The notes under the pieces: generated by a model
What the model was told of the DNA's origin: nothing
Databases searched by the model: none
What the model saw: only the letters and a program-made list of their open reading frames with translations
Source of the DNA: Rhodanobacteraceae bacterium
GTDB taxonomy: Bacteria; Pseudomonadota; Gammaproteobacteria; Xanthomonadales; Rhodanobacteraceae
Direction: 5' to 3'
NCBI GenBank assembly: GCA_035701405.1
Contig: DASSNH010000139.1
Span: 1-34,573 of the forward strand
Length of the DNA stretch: 34,573 bases
Made by a program: the position numbers and the translations under genes
Shown here: one piece after another, positions 19,255 through 27,600 of the stretch
Layout of the letters: every line of letters starts with the position of its first letter
Numbering within the stretch: the stretch's first letter is position 1

Positions 19255-19331
19255 GGCCCCGTAGCTCAGTTGGATAGAGCGTCCCCCTCCTAAGGGGAAG
19301 GTCACAGGTTCGAATCCTGTCGGGGTCGCCA
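19255..19331 (+). tRNA. tRNA-Arg (anticodon CCT)
   Basis: Cloverleaf folded by hand. Acceptor GGCCCCG/CGGGGTC (one G-U pair), D-arm GCTCAGTTGGATAGAGC, anticodon stem TCCCC/GGGGA with loop CTCCTAA, T-arm ACAGGTTCGAATCCTGT, and an encoded CCA end. Confidence 0.95.
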
Positions 19332-19478
19332 TCCTTGCACATGCTGCGCGCCGTTCGGGCCGCGCGTGCGGACGCTCGCACTCGTGTCGATTCCGTCGCG
19401 GCTCGAAGCGATGCAGCACGGCTGTTACAATGGCGGATTGACTCGACGACATTCGCGCTGCACGCAACAGGAGCTTTC

Positions 19479-21011
19479 ATGTCCCACGCCATCCTTTCCG
19501 CACTCGGCCTCGCCGACACCAATTCCGGCACCTTCCTCGGCAATGGCGAATGGTCGAAAACGACCGATGCCGGCGTGCTCGAGCCGGTGAATCCCGCGAC
19601 CGGCGAGCCGTTGGCCAAGGTGTACGCCACCAGCGACGCGGACTATGAAACCGTGATCGCCAACGCGAGGAAAGCCTTCGAGGAATGGCGCAAGACCCCC
19701 GCGCCGCGGCGCGGCGAGGCGATTCGCCTGTGCGCGCAGGCGCTACGCGAACACAAGGACGCGCTGGGTTCGCTGGTCGCGCTGGAGATGGGCAAGATCA
19801 AGCCCGAGGGCGACGGCGAAGTCCAGGAGATGATCGACATCGCCGACTTCGCGGTCGGCCAGTCGCGGATGCTGTACGGCAACGCGATGCATTCCGAGCG
19901 CCCGGGCCACCGGATGTACGAGCAGTGGCACCCGCTCGGGCTGATCGGCATCATCAGTGCGTTCAACTTCCCCGTGGCGGTCTGGAGCTGGAACGCCTTC
20001 ATCGCCGCGGCCTGCGGCGACGTATGCATCTGGAAGCCGTCGCCGAAGACGCCGCTTTCGGCGATCGCGAGCGTCCGGATCTGCAACGAGGCACTGAAGG
20101 CCGGCGGATTCCCGGAGATCTTCTACCTCATCAATGACGCCGGCAACGAGCTCGCGCAGAAGTTCGTCGACGACAAGCGCATCGCGCTGATCAGCTTCAC
20201 CGGTTCGACCAAGGTCGGCCGCCACGTCGGCGAGCGGGTCGCCGCGCGCATGGGCCGCTCGCTGCTGGAACTCGGCGGCAACAACGCGATCATCCTGGAT
20301 CGCTCGGCGGACCTGAAACTCGCGATCCCCGCGATCGTGTTCGGCGCGGTCGGCACCGCCGGCCAGCGCTGCACCAGCACCCGCCGCCTGTTCGTGCACG
20401 AGTCGATCATCGACGACGTGCTGGACAAGCTGCGCCACGCCTACCAGCAGGTCGAGAAGAAGATCGGCGATCCCACCGACCCTGCCACCCTGATGGGTCC
20501 GCTCAACAGCAAGGCGGCGGTCGAGCAGTTCGCCAACGCCGTGAAAACGGCCAAGGCCGGCGGCGCGCGCGTCGTCAGCGGCGGTTCGGTCCTTGAGCGC
20601 AAGGGCAACTTCGTCGAGCCGACCATCATCACCGGCGTGAAGAATTCCGACGAGATCGTGCAGACCGAGACGTTCGCGCCGATCCTGTACGTGATGCCGT
20701 TCAAGACGCTGGACGAGGCGATCGAGATGCAGAACGACGTGCCGCAGGGTTTGTCGAGCGCGATCTTCACCCAGAACCTCAAGGCCACCGAGCAATACCT
20801 TTCGGCCATGGGGTCCGACTGCGGCATCGCCAACGTCAACATCGGCACCTCGGGCGCCGAGATCGGCGGGGCGTTCGGCGGCGAGAAGGAAACCGGCGGC
20901 GGCCGCGAGTCCGGTTCGGACGCATGGAAGGCCTACATGCGCCGCCAGACCAACACCATCAACTGGTCGGATGCGCTGCCGCTGGCGCAGGGAATCAAGT
21001 TCGATATCTGA
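19479..21011 (+). CDS. ALDH7 (antiquitin/AmaB-type) alpha-aminoadipic semialdehyde / piperideine-6-carboxylate dehydrogenase
   Basis: Start at ATG 19479 (CAGGAG SD). Long collinear similarity to human ALDH7A1 as remembered: [91 protein letters not shown]. Confidence 0.9.
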   Translation: MSHAILSALGLADTNSGTFLGNGEWSKTTDAGVLEPVNPATGEPLAKVYATSDADYETVIANARKAFEEWRKTPAPRRGEAIRLCAQALREHKDALGSLVALEMGKIKPEGDGEVQEMIDIADFAVGQSRMLYGNAMHSERPGHRMYEQWHPLGLIGIISAFNFPVAVWSWNAFIAAACGDVCIWKPSPKTPLSAIASVRICNEALKAGGFPEIFYLINDAGNELAQKFVDDKRIALISFTGSTKVGRHVGERVAARMGRSLLELGGNNAIILDRSADLKLAIPAIVFGAVGTAGQRCTSTRRLFVHESIIDDVLDKLRHAYQQVEKKIGDPTDPATLMGPLNSKAAVEQFANAVKTAKAGGARVVSGGSVLERKGNFVEPTIITGVKNSDEIVQTETFAPILYVMPFKTLDEAIEMQNDVPQGLSSAIFTQNLKATEQYLSAMGSDCGIANVNIGTSGAEIGGAFGGEKETGGGRESGSDAWKAYMRRQTNTINWSDALPLAQGIKFDI

Positions 21012-21061
21012 CGGCGCAGGCAAAAGCCATTCCCTCCCGCGCTGCGCGCCCGTTCGCTTCG

Positions 21062-21125
21062 CTTCGGAACGAAGGGGGAAGAGAACCGCCCCCTTCCGCA
21101 GGAAGGGGGTCGCCGCGCAGCGGCG
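21062..21125. repeat. REP-like intergenic hairpin cluster (copy A)
   Basis: CTTCGGAACGAAGGGGG at 21062-21078. Hairpin CCCCCTTCC-GCA-GGAAGGGGG at 21089-21109. Hairpin CGCCGC-GCA-GCGGCG at 21111-21125, followed by GGGGGATG. Shares the CTTCGGAACGAAGGGGG core, AAGGGGGTCG and GGGGGGATG with copy B at 24387-24450. Confidence 0.7.
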
Positions 21126-21176
21126 GGGGGATGACTCCGGAGGCGAAGGCGCATCATCGGCGATCGGAGCAATCGT

Positions 21177-21938
21177 ATGCACAACCCTTTCGACTTCGCC
21201 GGTTACCGCATCGCCATCGCCGGGGGCAGTCGTGGCATAGGCCGCGCAATGGCGCTGGGCTTCCTCGAAGCGGGCGCCCAGGTCGCGGTATGCGCGCGCG
21301 GGCAGGAAGGCCTCGACGCGTTGTGCAGTGATGCCGGCGAGTACGCAAAGAAACTCCACACGCACACCTGCGACCTCGCCGACGCCGACCAAATCGAACA
21401 CTGGATCGGCGACGCTGCGCGCGTCATGGGCGGCATGGACGTTCTCGTCAACAACGCCACCGGCTATGGATTCCGTGACGACGACGAATCGTGGCTGGTC
21501 GATTTCAATGTCGACCTGATGGCCGCCGTGCGGGCGTCGCGCCATGCCCTGCCCCACCTCCGGCGTTCACCGCACCCGTGCATCCTCCACACCAGTTCGA
21601 TCGGCTCGCTGCGGCCGCGCACGATGGGACCGCCGTACGCAGCGATGAAGGCCGCGTTGAACCATTACGCAGCCACGCAAGCGCTCGCACTCGCGGGAGA
21701 TCGCATCCGCGTCAACGCAATCGCACCCGGCTCGATCGAATTCGAAGGCGGCGTGTGGGACCAGGTCAAGCACGCAAAGCCCGGGCAATACGCGCAGGTG
21801 CTGGCGACGATTCCGTTCGGCCGCTACGGCACGGCCGAGGAAGTCGCGCACCTCGCGCTGTTCCTGGCGTCGCCGCTGGCGAGCTGGATCACCGGCCAGG
21901 TCATGGTCGTTGACGGCGGGCAATCGCTGCGCTCCTGA
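21177..21938 (+). CDS. Short-chain dehydrogenase/reductase (classical SDR)
   Basis: IAIAGGSRGIGRAMA cofactor motif, NNAT, a Ser...YxxxK triad (SSIGS, YAAMKAAL) and a C-terminal ITGQVMVVDGG. GGAG SD 7 nt upstream. Confidence 0.85.
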   Translation: MHNPFDFAGYRIAIAGGSRGIGRAMALGFLEAGAQVAVCARGQEGLDALCSDAGEYAKKLHTHTCDLADADQIEHWIGDAARVMGGMDVLVNNATGYGFRDDDESWLVDFNVDLMAAVRASRHALPHLRRSPHPCILHTSSIGSLRPRTMGPPYAAMKAALNHYAATQALALAGDRIRVNAIAPGSIEFEGGVWDQVKHAKPGQYAQVLATIPFGRYGTAEEVAHLALFLASPLASWITGQVMVVDGGQSLRS

Positions 21939-22002
21939 CGAGCGGGGCGTGACCGCCACGGGTATGCGACCATAGCGCGGTGCCATCGGAGGCAGTTCAG
22001 CC

Positions 22003-22287
22003 ATGAATACGGTCTATCCGCGCACCAGTTCACTGGCGGTCGTCAGCCTCATCTTCGGGATCCTGGCGTACGTCGTCCTGCCGGGTGTCGGTGCAGTGGT
22101 GGCGGTGATTTGCGGGCATTCGGCGCGCTCGGAGATCCGTCGCTCGCCTCCCGGCAGCATCGAGGGCGACGGGATGGCCCTGGCCGGGTTGGTGCTGGGC
22201 TGGATCCAGATCGCCTGCGCGGTCATCGCGGTGGGATTCGCGATCCTCATCATCGCCGGCGCGCTCGCGTTCCACGGATTCCACTGA
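22003..22287 (+). CDS. DUF4190-like small membrane protein
   Basis: 94 aa with two TM hairpins flanking CGHSARSEIRRSPPGSIEGDGMALAG, as in DUF4190 proteins. GGAGG SD. pyrD starts 3 nt after its stop. Confidence 0.7.
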   Translation: MNTVYPRTSSLAVVSLIFGILAYVVLPGVGAVVAVICGHSARSEIRRSPPGSIEGDGMALAGLVLGWIQIACAVIAVGFAILIIAGALAFHGFH

Positions 22288-22290
22288 TCG

Positions 22291-23331
22291 ATGTACGGGG
22301 CGCTGCGGCCGCTGCTGTTCGCGCTGGAAGCCGAGGCCGCGCATGGCCTGACCCTGTACGCGCTCGGCGTCGCGCAGCGCAGCAACCTGATGCGGTTCGT
22401 CGCGCACCCGCCGCCGGACGACCTGCCGGTGCGCGCATTCGGGATCGATTTTCCGAATCCCGTCGGGCTTGCGGCGGGGCTGGACAAGAATGGCGAACAC
22501 CTCGATGCGCTGGGCGCGCTCGGCTTCGGTTTCATCGAGGTCGGCACGGTCACGCCTCGCCCGCAGCCGGGCAACCCGAGGCCGCGCCTGTTCCGGCTGC
22601 CCGGGCGGGAGGCGCTCATCAACCGGATGGGTTTCAACAACGATGGCGTCGACGTGCTGGTGCGGAACGTCGAACAGACACGATGGCGCGGCGTGCTCGG
22701 CATCAATATCGGCCGGAACAAGGACACCCCGAACGAGCGCGCCGCCGACGATTACCTCGCTTGCCTGGAGCGTGTGTACCCGCTCGCCAGCTACGTCACC
22801 GTCAATGTCTCATCGCCGAATACGCCGGGGCTGCGCGACCTGCAGGAAGGCGATTCGCTGCAGCGGCTGATCGCCGTGCTGGTGGAATCGCGCGAGCAAC
22901 TCGCCACGCGGCATGGCGCGCGCAAACCGATCCTGCTGAAAATCGCGCCCGACCTCGATGATGCGGGGATGGATGCGATTACCGCCGCGGTCGCCGGTTC
23001 CGGAATCGACGGCCTGATCTGCACCAACACCACGATCGACCGCACGGGCGTCGCGGGCGAACCGCACGCCGACGAAGCCGGCGGCCTTTCCGGCAAGCCG
23101 TTGTTCGAACCGTCCACCGACGTGTTGAGGGGCATGGCCCGGCGCCTCGGCGCGAACATGCCGCTGGTTGGCGTCGGCGGCATCTCGAGCGGCAGCGACG
23201 CAGCCGACAAGCTCGCCGCCGGCGCGGCCCTCGTGCAGGTCTACTCTGGCCTGATCTTCCGCGGCCCCTGGTTGCTGACCGAATGCGTGGAGGAGATCCG
23301 GCGGCAGGTTGGAAGTTCGCATGTCGAATGA
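22291..23331 (+). CDS. pyrD: Dihydroorotate dehydrogenase (quinone), class 2
   Basis: [58 protein letters not shown], and GLSG...VGVGGI. Confidence 0.95.
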   Translation: MYGALRPLLFALEAEAAHGLTLYALGVAQRSNLMRFVAHPPPDDLPVRAFGIDFPNPVGLAAGLDKNGEHLDALGALGFGFIEVGTVTPRPQPGNPRPRLFRLPGREALINRMGFNNDGVDVLVRNVEQTRWRGVLGINIGRNKDTPNERAADDYLACLERVYPLASYVTVNVSSPNTPGLRDLQEGDSLQRLIAVLVESREQLATRHGARKPILLKIAPDLDDAGMDAITAAVAGSGIDGLICTNTTIDRTGVAGEPHADEAGGLSGKPLFEPSTDVLRGMARRLGANMPLVGVGGISSGSDAADKLAAGAALVQVYSGLIFRGPWLLTECVEEIRRQVGSSHVE

Positions 23332-24376
23332 CAACCCGGCCATGGATGCCGCGTACACGCTGACCGGGAGTGCTTCGCTGCTCCAGCGCAATACCCTGCG
23401 CGTGGACGCTCGTGCGGCGTGGCTGGCGGAGATCCACGAAGCCGATGCGATTCCGGCACTGTTCACCGAGCCCGTACTGCGCGGCAAGCCGGTGTTGCTG
23501 CTCGGCGAAGGTTCGAATGTCCTGTTCGCGGGCGATTACGACGGGGCGGTCGTGACGATGAAGGCCCGCGGCGTCGAAGTGGTTTCCGAAGACGCCGACG
23601 CCGCGCGCATCCGCGTCGCGGCCGGCGAGCACTGGGACGACCTGGTGCGCTGGACGCTCGCGCAGGGCTACCCCGGGCTCGAGAACCTGATCCTGATTCC
23701 CGGCAGCGTCGGGGCGGCGCCGATGCAGAACATCGGCGCGTATGGGGTCGAGGTCGGCGAATTCATCGAATCGGTCGAAGCGTTCGACCTCGGCGGGCAG
23801 CGCGCGGTGCGTTTCGACACCGGGCAATGCGAATTCGGCTATCGCGATTCCGTCTTCAAGCGCCATCCGGATCGCTGGCTGATCACCGCGGTGACGCTCC
23901 GCCTGCCGCGCACGCACGCGCCCCGCATCGACTATGCCGGGCTTCGCCAGGAACTCGAGCGGATAGGCGTGGCGAATCCGGCCGCCATCCACGTCGCCGA
24001 TGCGGTGGTGAACCTGCGCACCCGCAAGCTGCCCGATCCCGCCGTGATCGGCAACGCCGGCAGCTTCTTCAAGAATCCGATTGTCCCGGCACCGCAGGCC
24101 GCCGCGTTGCGAAGCGATCATCCGCAGCTGCCGTGCTGGCCTGGGGACGGCGGCGTGAAGCTGTCGGCCGCGTGGCTGATCGATTCGTGTGGATTCAAAG
24201 GCTTGCGCAATGGTGATGCGGGTGTTTCGAGCCGCCACGCGCTGGTGCTGGTGAACCACGGGCGTGCCTCCGGCGCCGAGCTCTGGGCTCTCGCGCGGCA
24301 TGTGCGCGATGGGGTACGCGAACGTTTCGGCGTCAACCTGGAGCCCGAGCCGCGGATCATCGGCGCGCCGGCCTAG
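23321..24376 (+). CDS. murB: UDP-N-acetylenolpyruvoylglucosamine reductase
   Basis: Collinear with E. coli MurB: [78 protein letters not shown] and LEPEPRIIG. The start is ATG 23321 (11-nt overlap with pyrD), or ATG 23309 or 23342. Confidence 0.9.
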   Translation: MSNDNPAMDAAYTLTGSASLLQRNTLRVDARAAWLAEIHEADAIPALFTEPVLRGKPVLLLGEGSNVLFAGDYDGAVVTMKARGVEVVSEDADAARIRVAAGEHWDDLVRWTLAQGYPGLENLILIPGSVGAAPMQNIGAYGVEVGEFIESVEAFDLGGQRAVRFDTGQCEFGYRDSVFKRHPDRWLITAVTLRLPRTHAPRIDYAGLRQELERIGVANPAAIHVADAVVNLRTRKLPDPAVIGNAGSFFKNPIVPAPQAAALRSDHPQLPCWPGDGGVKLSAAWLIDSCGFKGLRNGDAGVSSRHALVLVNHGRASGAELWALARHVRDGVRERFGVNLEPEPRIIGAPA

Positions 24377-24386
24377 ACTCGGGGCA

Positions 24387-24440
24387 CCCCCTTCGGAACG
24401 AAGGGGGTCGATGGTGACCGCCGCAAGCGGCGGTCACCAT
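24387..24440. terminator. REP-like hairpin pair (copy B) between convergent murB and a small membrane gene; probable bidirectional terminator
   Basis: Hairpin CCCCCTTC-GGAAC-GAAGGGGG at 24387-24407. Perfect 14-nt inverted repeat ATGGTGACCGCCGC-AA-GCGGCGGTCACCAT at 24411-24440. No U-tract on either strand. Confidence 0.5.
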
Positions 24441-24483
24441 CGGGGGGATGTTCGCACACGCGGTGCGGCGGACGGTGCCCGTC

Positions 24484-24792
24484 CTACGATCCGTGCTCGG
24501 CGCCGGGTACTGCCATGTAATGTCGCTCGCCCTTGGCGGGATCGAAATACACCGCTGTCATGAGGCCGGTTTCGGGGTCGACGAAACGCTCGCCAGTATC
24601 GGTCCAGGCCGGGTCCGGCCGTCCACTGCCCACCGGTTTGTAGCGCCAGCGCTCGATCGCCAGCGCGACGATCAGGAACACGCCGCCGATGATCAGTTGC
24701 GGCAGGAACACCACCAGCACCCCGCCGACCAGCAGTGCGATCGCCGCGACCAGCAGCAGCAACGCACCCACGACATAGAGCGCGACCACCAT
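24484..24792 (-). CDS. Hypothetical small membrane protein (2 TM helices plus a soluble tail)
   Basis: 102 aa, MVVALYVVGALLLLVAAIALLVGGVLVVFLPQLIIGGVFLIVALAI, then a charged tail. Starts 8 nt after the ybjQ stop, so it is probably co-transcribed. No recognisable family. Confidence 0.55.
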   Translation of the reverse strand: MVVALYVVGALLLLVAAIALLVGGVLVVFLPQLIIGGVFLIVALAIERWRYKPVGSGRPDPAWTDTGERFVDPETGLMTAVYFDPAKGERHYMAVPGAEHGS

Positions 24793-24800
24793 GGCAGCGC

Positions 24801-25121
24801 TCAGACCTTCTCGAGCACAACCGCCGTCCCGTAAGCGACGATCTCGCTCATGGTCTGGCCGATCTCGGACGAATCGAAGCGCATCATCACGACCGCGTTG
24901 GCACCCATCGCCTGCGCGTTCTGGACCATGCGGTCGGTGGCATGGCGGCGTGCCTCCTCGAGCATCTGGGTGTACTCGCTGATCTCGCCGCCGACGATCG
25001 AGCGCAGTCCCGCCATCACGTTGCCGCCGATCCCGCGGCTGCGCACCACCAGCCCGAACACCTGGCCCTTGGTCTCGGCGATTCGGTGGCCTGCGACGTT
25101 CTCGGTCGTGACGATGATCAT
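24801..25121 (-). CDS. ybjQ: YbjQ/UPF0145 family protein
   Basis: MIIVTTENVAGHRI, GLVVRSRGIGGNVMAGLRSIVGGEI, EAR..A..RM...A...GANAVV..RFD and YGTAVV are characteristic of UPF0145. GGGAGG SD. Confidence 0.85.
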   Translation of the reverse strand: MIIVTTENVAGHRIAETKGQVFGLVVRSRGIGGNVMAGLRSIVGGEISEYTQMLEEARRHATDRMVQNAQAMGANAVVMMRFDSSEIGQTMSEIVAYGTAVVLEKV

Positions 25122-25172
25122 GGCTGCCTCCCGATCAGATGCCGGTCGCCCGCATGCAGGCTACGAATGGAT

Positions 25173-25290
25173 TGTAGGAGCGCGCCACGGCGCGCGACCA
25201 TGGCACGCGACAAGATCGGTCGCGACCATGGGCCGCTCCTGCATTCACCCGGCGGCGCGCGCTCTTGGGGGAGCGGGCCATGCCCGCGAC
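25173..25290. repeat. Composite REP-like palindromic element
   Basis: TGTAGGAGCG ... CGCTCCTGCA are imperfect terminal inverted repeats (25173-25243). They enclose two direct CGCGACCATGG copies and the CGCGAC-AAGATCG-GTCGCG hairpin. A further GGAGCGGGCCATGCCCGCGAC unit lies at 25269-25290. It sits between the ybjQ start and the BI-1-family gene stop. Confidence 0.65.
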
Positions 25291-25323
25291 ATTGGTTCAC
25301 CCCGCCGCCTGCTGCCCGCCGGC

Positions 25324-26088
25324 TCAGCGCCGGGTGTTGCCCAGCAGCCGCAGCAGTTCCAGGTATAGCCAGACCAATGTCACCATCAGCGCGAACGCGC
25401 AGAACCATTCCATGTACCGCGGCGCACCCGCCGCCGTGGCACGTTCGATCAAATCGAAGTCCAGCACCAGGTTCAGGGCCGCGATGCCGACCACGAACAG
25501 GCTGAACAGGATGCCGAAGGTGCCGCCGCCGAAGACGAACGACATGCCGCCGAAGCCGGTGAACGCCGAGATCCCCCACTGCACCAAATACAGGAGCAAT
25601 ATGCCGCCGGTCGCCGCGGCCACGCCCATGCGGAATTTATGCGTGACCTTGATCACGCCGCTGCGGTACAGGAACAGCATCACCGCCAGCACGCCGATCG
25701 ACGCCATCACCGCCTGCAGCACGATGCCCTGGTAGCGCACCTCGAACAGCGCCGAGATCCCGCCGAGCGCGGTCCCTTCGGCAAGCGCATACAGCGGTGC
25801 CGTGACCGGCGTCCAATTGGGTTTGAACGTGCTCGCGACGGCAAGCACCAATCCGACGATCAGGCCGCCCATCAGGAACGGCGTCACCGCGGCTGCGCCG
25901 GCGGCGAGATCCCCGCCCGCCGAGGCGTTCATGAAATGGTTCCAAGTCCAGGCGCCGGTGATCAGCATCAGTACCAGCAGCAGGCCGGTGCGAACCAGCG
26001 TGCCGTTCAAGGTCATCGGCTCGGCGGTTGCCGGCAGGTTCTGGAAGAACTTGTCGCGCAGCACGGGATTACGGGAACGCAGGGCCAT
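25324..26088 (-). CDS. Bax inhibitor-1/YccA-family membrane protein (COG4760-like)
   Basis: Start at ATG 26088 (MALRSRNPVL; GAGGAG SD 5 nt upstream). 7 TM segments. The C-terminal YLELLRLLG resembles the BI-1 family tail. The upstream ORF extension to 26139 is rejected. Confidence 0.8.
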   Translation of the reverse strand: MALRSRNPVLRDKFFQNLPATAEPMTLNGTLVRTGLLLVLMLITGAWTWNHFMNASAGGDLAAGAAAVTPFLMGGLIVGLVLAVASTFKPNWTPVTAPLYALAEGTALGGISALFEVRYQGIVLQAVMASIGVLAVMLFLYRSGVIKVTHKFRMGVAAATGGILLLYLVQWGISAFTGFGGMSFVFGGGTFGILFSLFVVGIAALNLVLDFDLIERATAAGAPRYMEWFCAFALMVTLVWLYLELLRLLGNTRR

Positions 26089-26265
26089 GGATCTCCTCAC
26101 TCGATCAATCGTTGCCGGCCGCTGCCGGCGTTGCTGCAAGGTTAGCGGACGCGCGGATGCGCTGCCACGCCGACTTCTTCAGACCCCGGACCGACTTGCC
26201 GAGTTCCACTGGACCCGTTCCAGGCGAGACATGAAGCCCCGTCCAGGGCGCGCCACGAATACCGA

Positions 26266-27516
26266 TCAACCGGCATCGGATTCCGGGGGACGCACGTCCG
26301 GCAGGAAGGTCGCCAGCAGGCCCAGCAGCGGCAGGAATGCGCACACCTGATACACGAACTCGATCCCGAAATGGTCGGCGACCACGCCGAGCACCGCCGC
26401 ACCGATGCCGCCGAGGCCGAAGCTGAAGCCGTAGAACAACCCCGACACCATGCCGATGCGATGCGTCAACATGTCCTGCGCGTACACGATGATTGCCGGA
26501 AACGCGGACGCAAGGATCAGGCCGATCACCACGCTCAGGCCAACCGTCCAGCCGAGTCCGACGTGCGGCAGCAGCAGCGTGAACGGTGCGCAGCCGAGGA
26601 TCGAGAACCAGATGACCCGCCGCCGTCCGATCCGATCGCCCAAGGGGCCTCCGATCAGCGTGCCGGCGGCGACGGCGAACAGGAACACGCCCAGGAGGTT
26701 CGCGGCCGCGTGGGCCGAGAGCCCGAAACGGTGGATCAGGTAGAACTCGTAGTAGCTGCTGATGCTCGCGAGGTAGAAGAACTTCGAGAACATCAGGATC
26801 AGCAGCACGCCGATGGTGCGCCGCACGACCGGCGCGGGAAACAGCGGCTTCTCGTCGGGCTGGCGCTTGCGCACCCGCTCCTCGGCGTGCCGGCTGTACC
26901 AGCGGCTGACCTGCAGCAGGATCACGATCGCGAGCAGCGCCGCCAGCCCGAACCAGCCCACGTGCGAGCGCCCGAGTTTCAGCACGATCGCCGCCGCGAG
27001 CAAAGGCCCGAGCGCCTGTCCGATGTTGCCGCCGATCTGGAATACCGATTGCGCGAAGCCGAAGCGTCCGCCGGATGCCATCCGGGCCACGCGCGAGGAC
27101 TCGGGGTGGAACACCGACGAGCCGCAGCCGATCAGCGCCACCGCCACCAGCAGCACCGCGTAGGACGGCGCCACGGAGAGCAGCAACAAGCCGCCAAGCG
27201 TGAAACACATGCCGATCGGCAACGAGTACGGCAATGGCTTGCGGTCGGTGACCATGCCGACCACCGGCTGCAGCAGCGATGCCGTCAACTGGAACGTCAG
27301 GGTGATCGCGCCGATCTGGAAAAAGCCGAGATCGAACTCGCCCTTCAGCAGCGGGTAGATCGCCACGATCACCGACTGCATCATGTCGTTGAGGACATGC
27401 ACGAAGCTGACGGCGGCCAGCAGGCTGTAGCGCGTCGGTCCGTGCGGCGTGCGCGCCGCGCGCACCGGCGCCACCGGTTCCACGGCACCGCTGCCGCTGG
27501 CCGGGTTCAGGTCCAT
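26266..27516 (-). CDS. fsr: MFS transporter, fosmidomycin resistance protein (Fsr) family
   Basis: Collinear with E. coli Fsr as remembered: HVLNDMMQSVIVAIYPLLKGEFDL.F.QIG.ITLTFQL..SLLQPVVG..TD, LPIGMCFTLGGLLLL, GSSVFHPESSRVARMASGGR.G.AQS.FQ.GGN.G..LGPLLAA. Confidence 0.85.
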   Translation of the reverse strand: MDLNPASGSGAVEPVAPVRAARTPHGPTRYSLLAAVSFVHVLNDMMQSVIVAIYPLLKGEFDLGFFQIGAITLTFQLTASLLQPVVGMVTDRKPLPYSLPIGMCFTLGGLLLLSVAPSYAVLLVAVALIGCGSSVFHPESSRVARMASGGRFGFAQSVFQIGGNIGQALGPLLAAAIVLKLGRSHVGWFGLAALLAIVILLQVSRWYSRHAEERVRKRQPDEKPLFPAPVVRRTIGVLLILMFSKFFYLASISSYYEFYLIHRFGLSAHAAANLLGVFLFAVAAGTLIGGPLGDRIGRRRVIWFSILGCAPFTLLLPHVGLGWTVGLSVVIGLILASAFPAIIVYAQDMLTHRIGMVSGLFYGFSFGLGGIGAAVLGVVADHFGIEFVYQVCAFLPLLGLLATFLPDVRPPESDAG

Positions 27517-27600
27517 GCCGTAAGCCGCAGGCGCGTCCTCACCACGGCGGTCCCGCCGACGCTCGGAAAGCTCCGGAAACGCACCTGCCGGGAATGGTGG

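Noticed and set aside
15768-19331. Genomic island integrated at tRNA-Arg(CCT), comprising the lower-GC PEP-CTERM and GT segment
   Set aside because: The segment lies 5-prime of the tRNA rather than at its 3-prime end. No integrase or transposase is present, and I could not spot a direct repeat of the tRNA 3-prime half. Compositional skew can be explained by the Asn/Thr/Ser-rich repeats.
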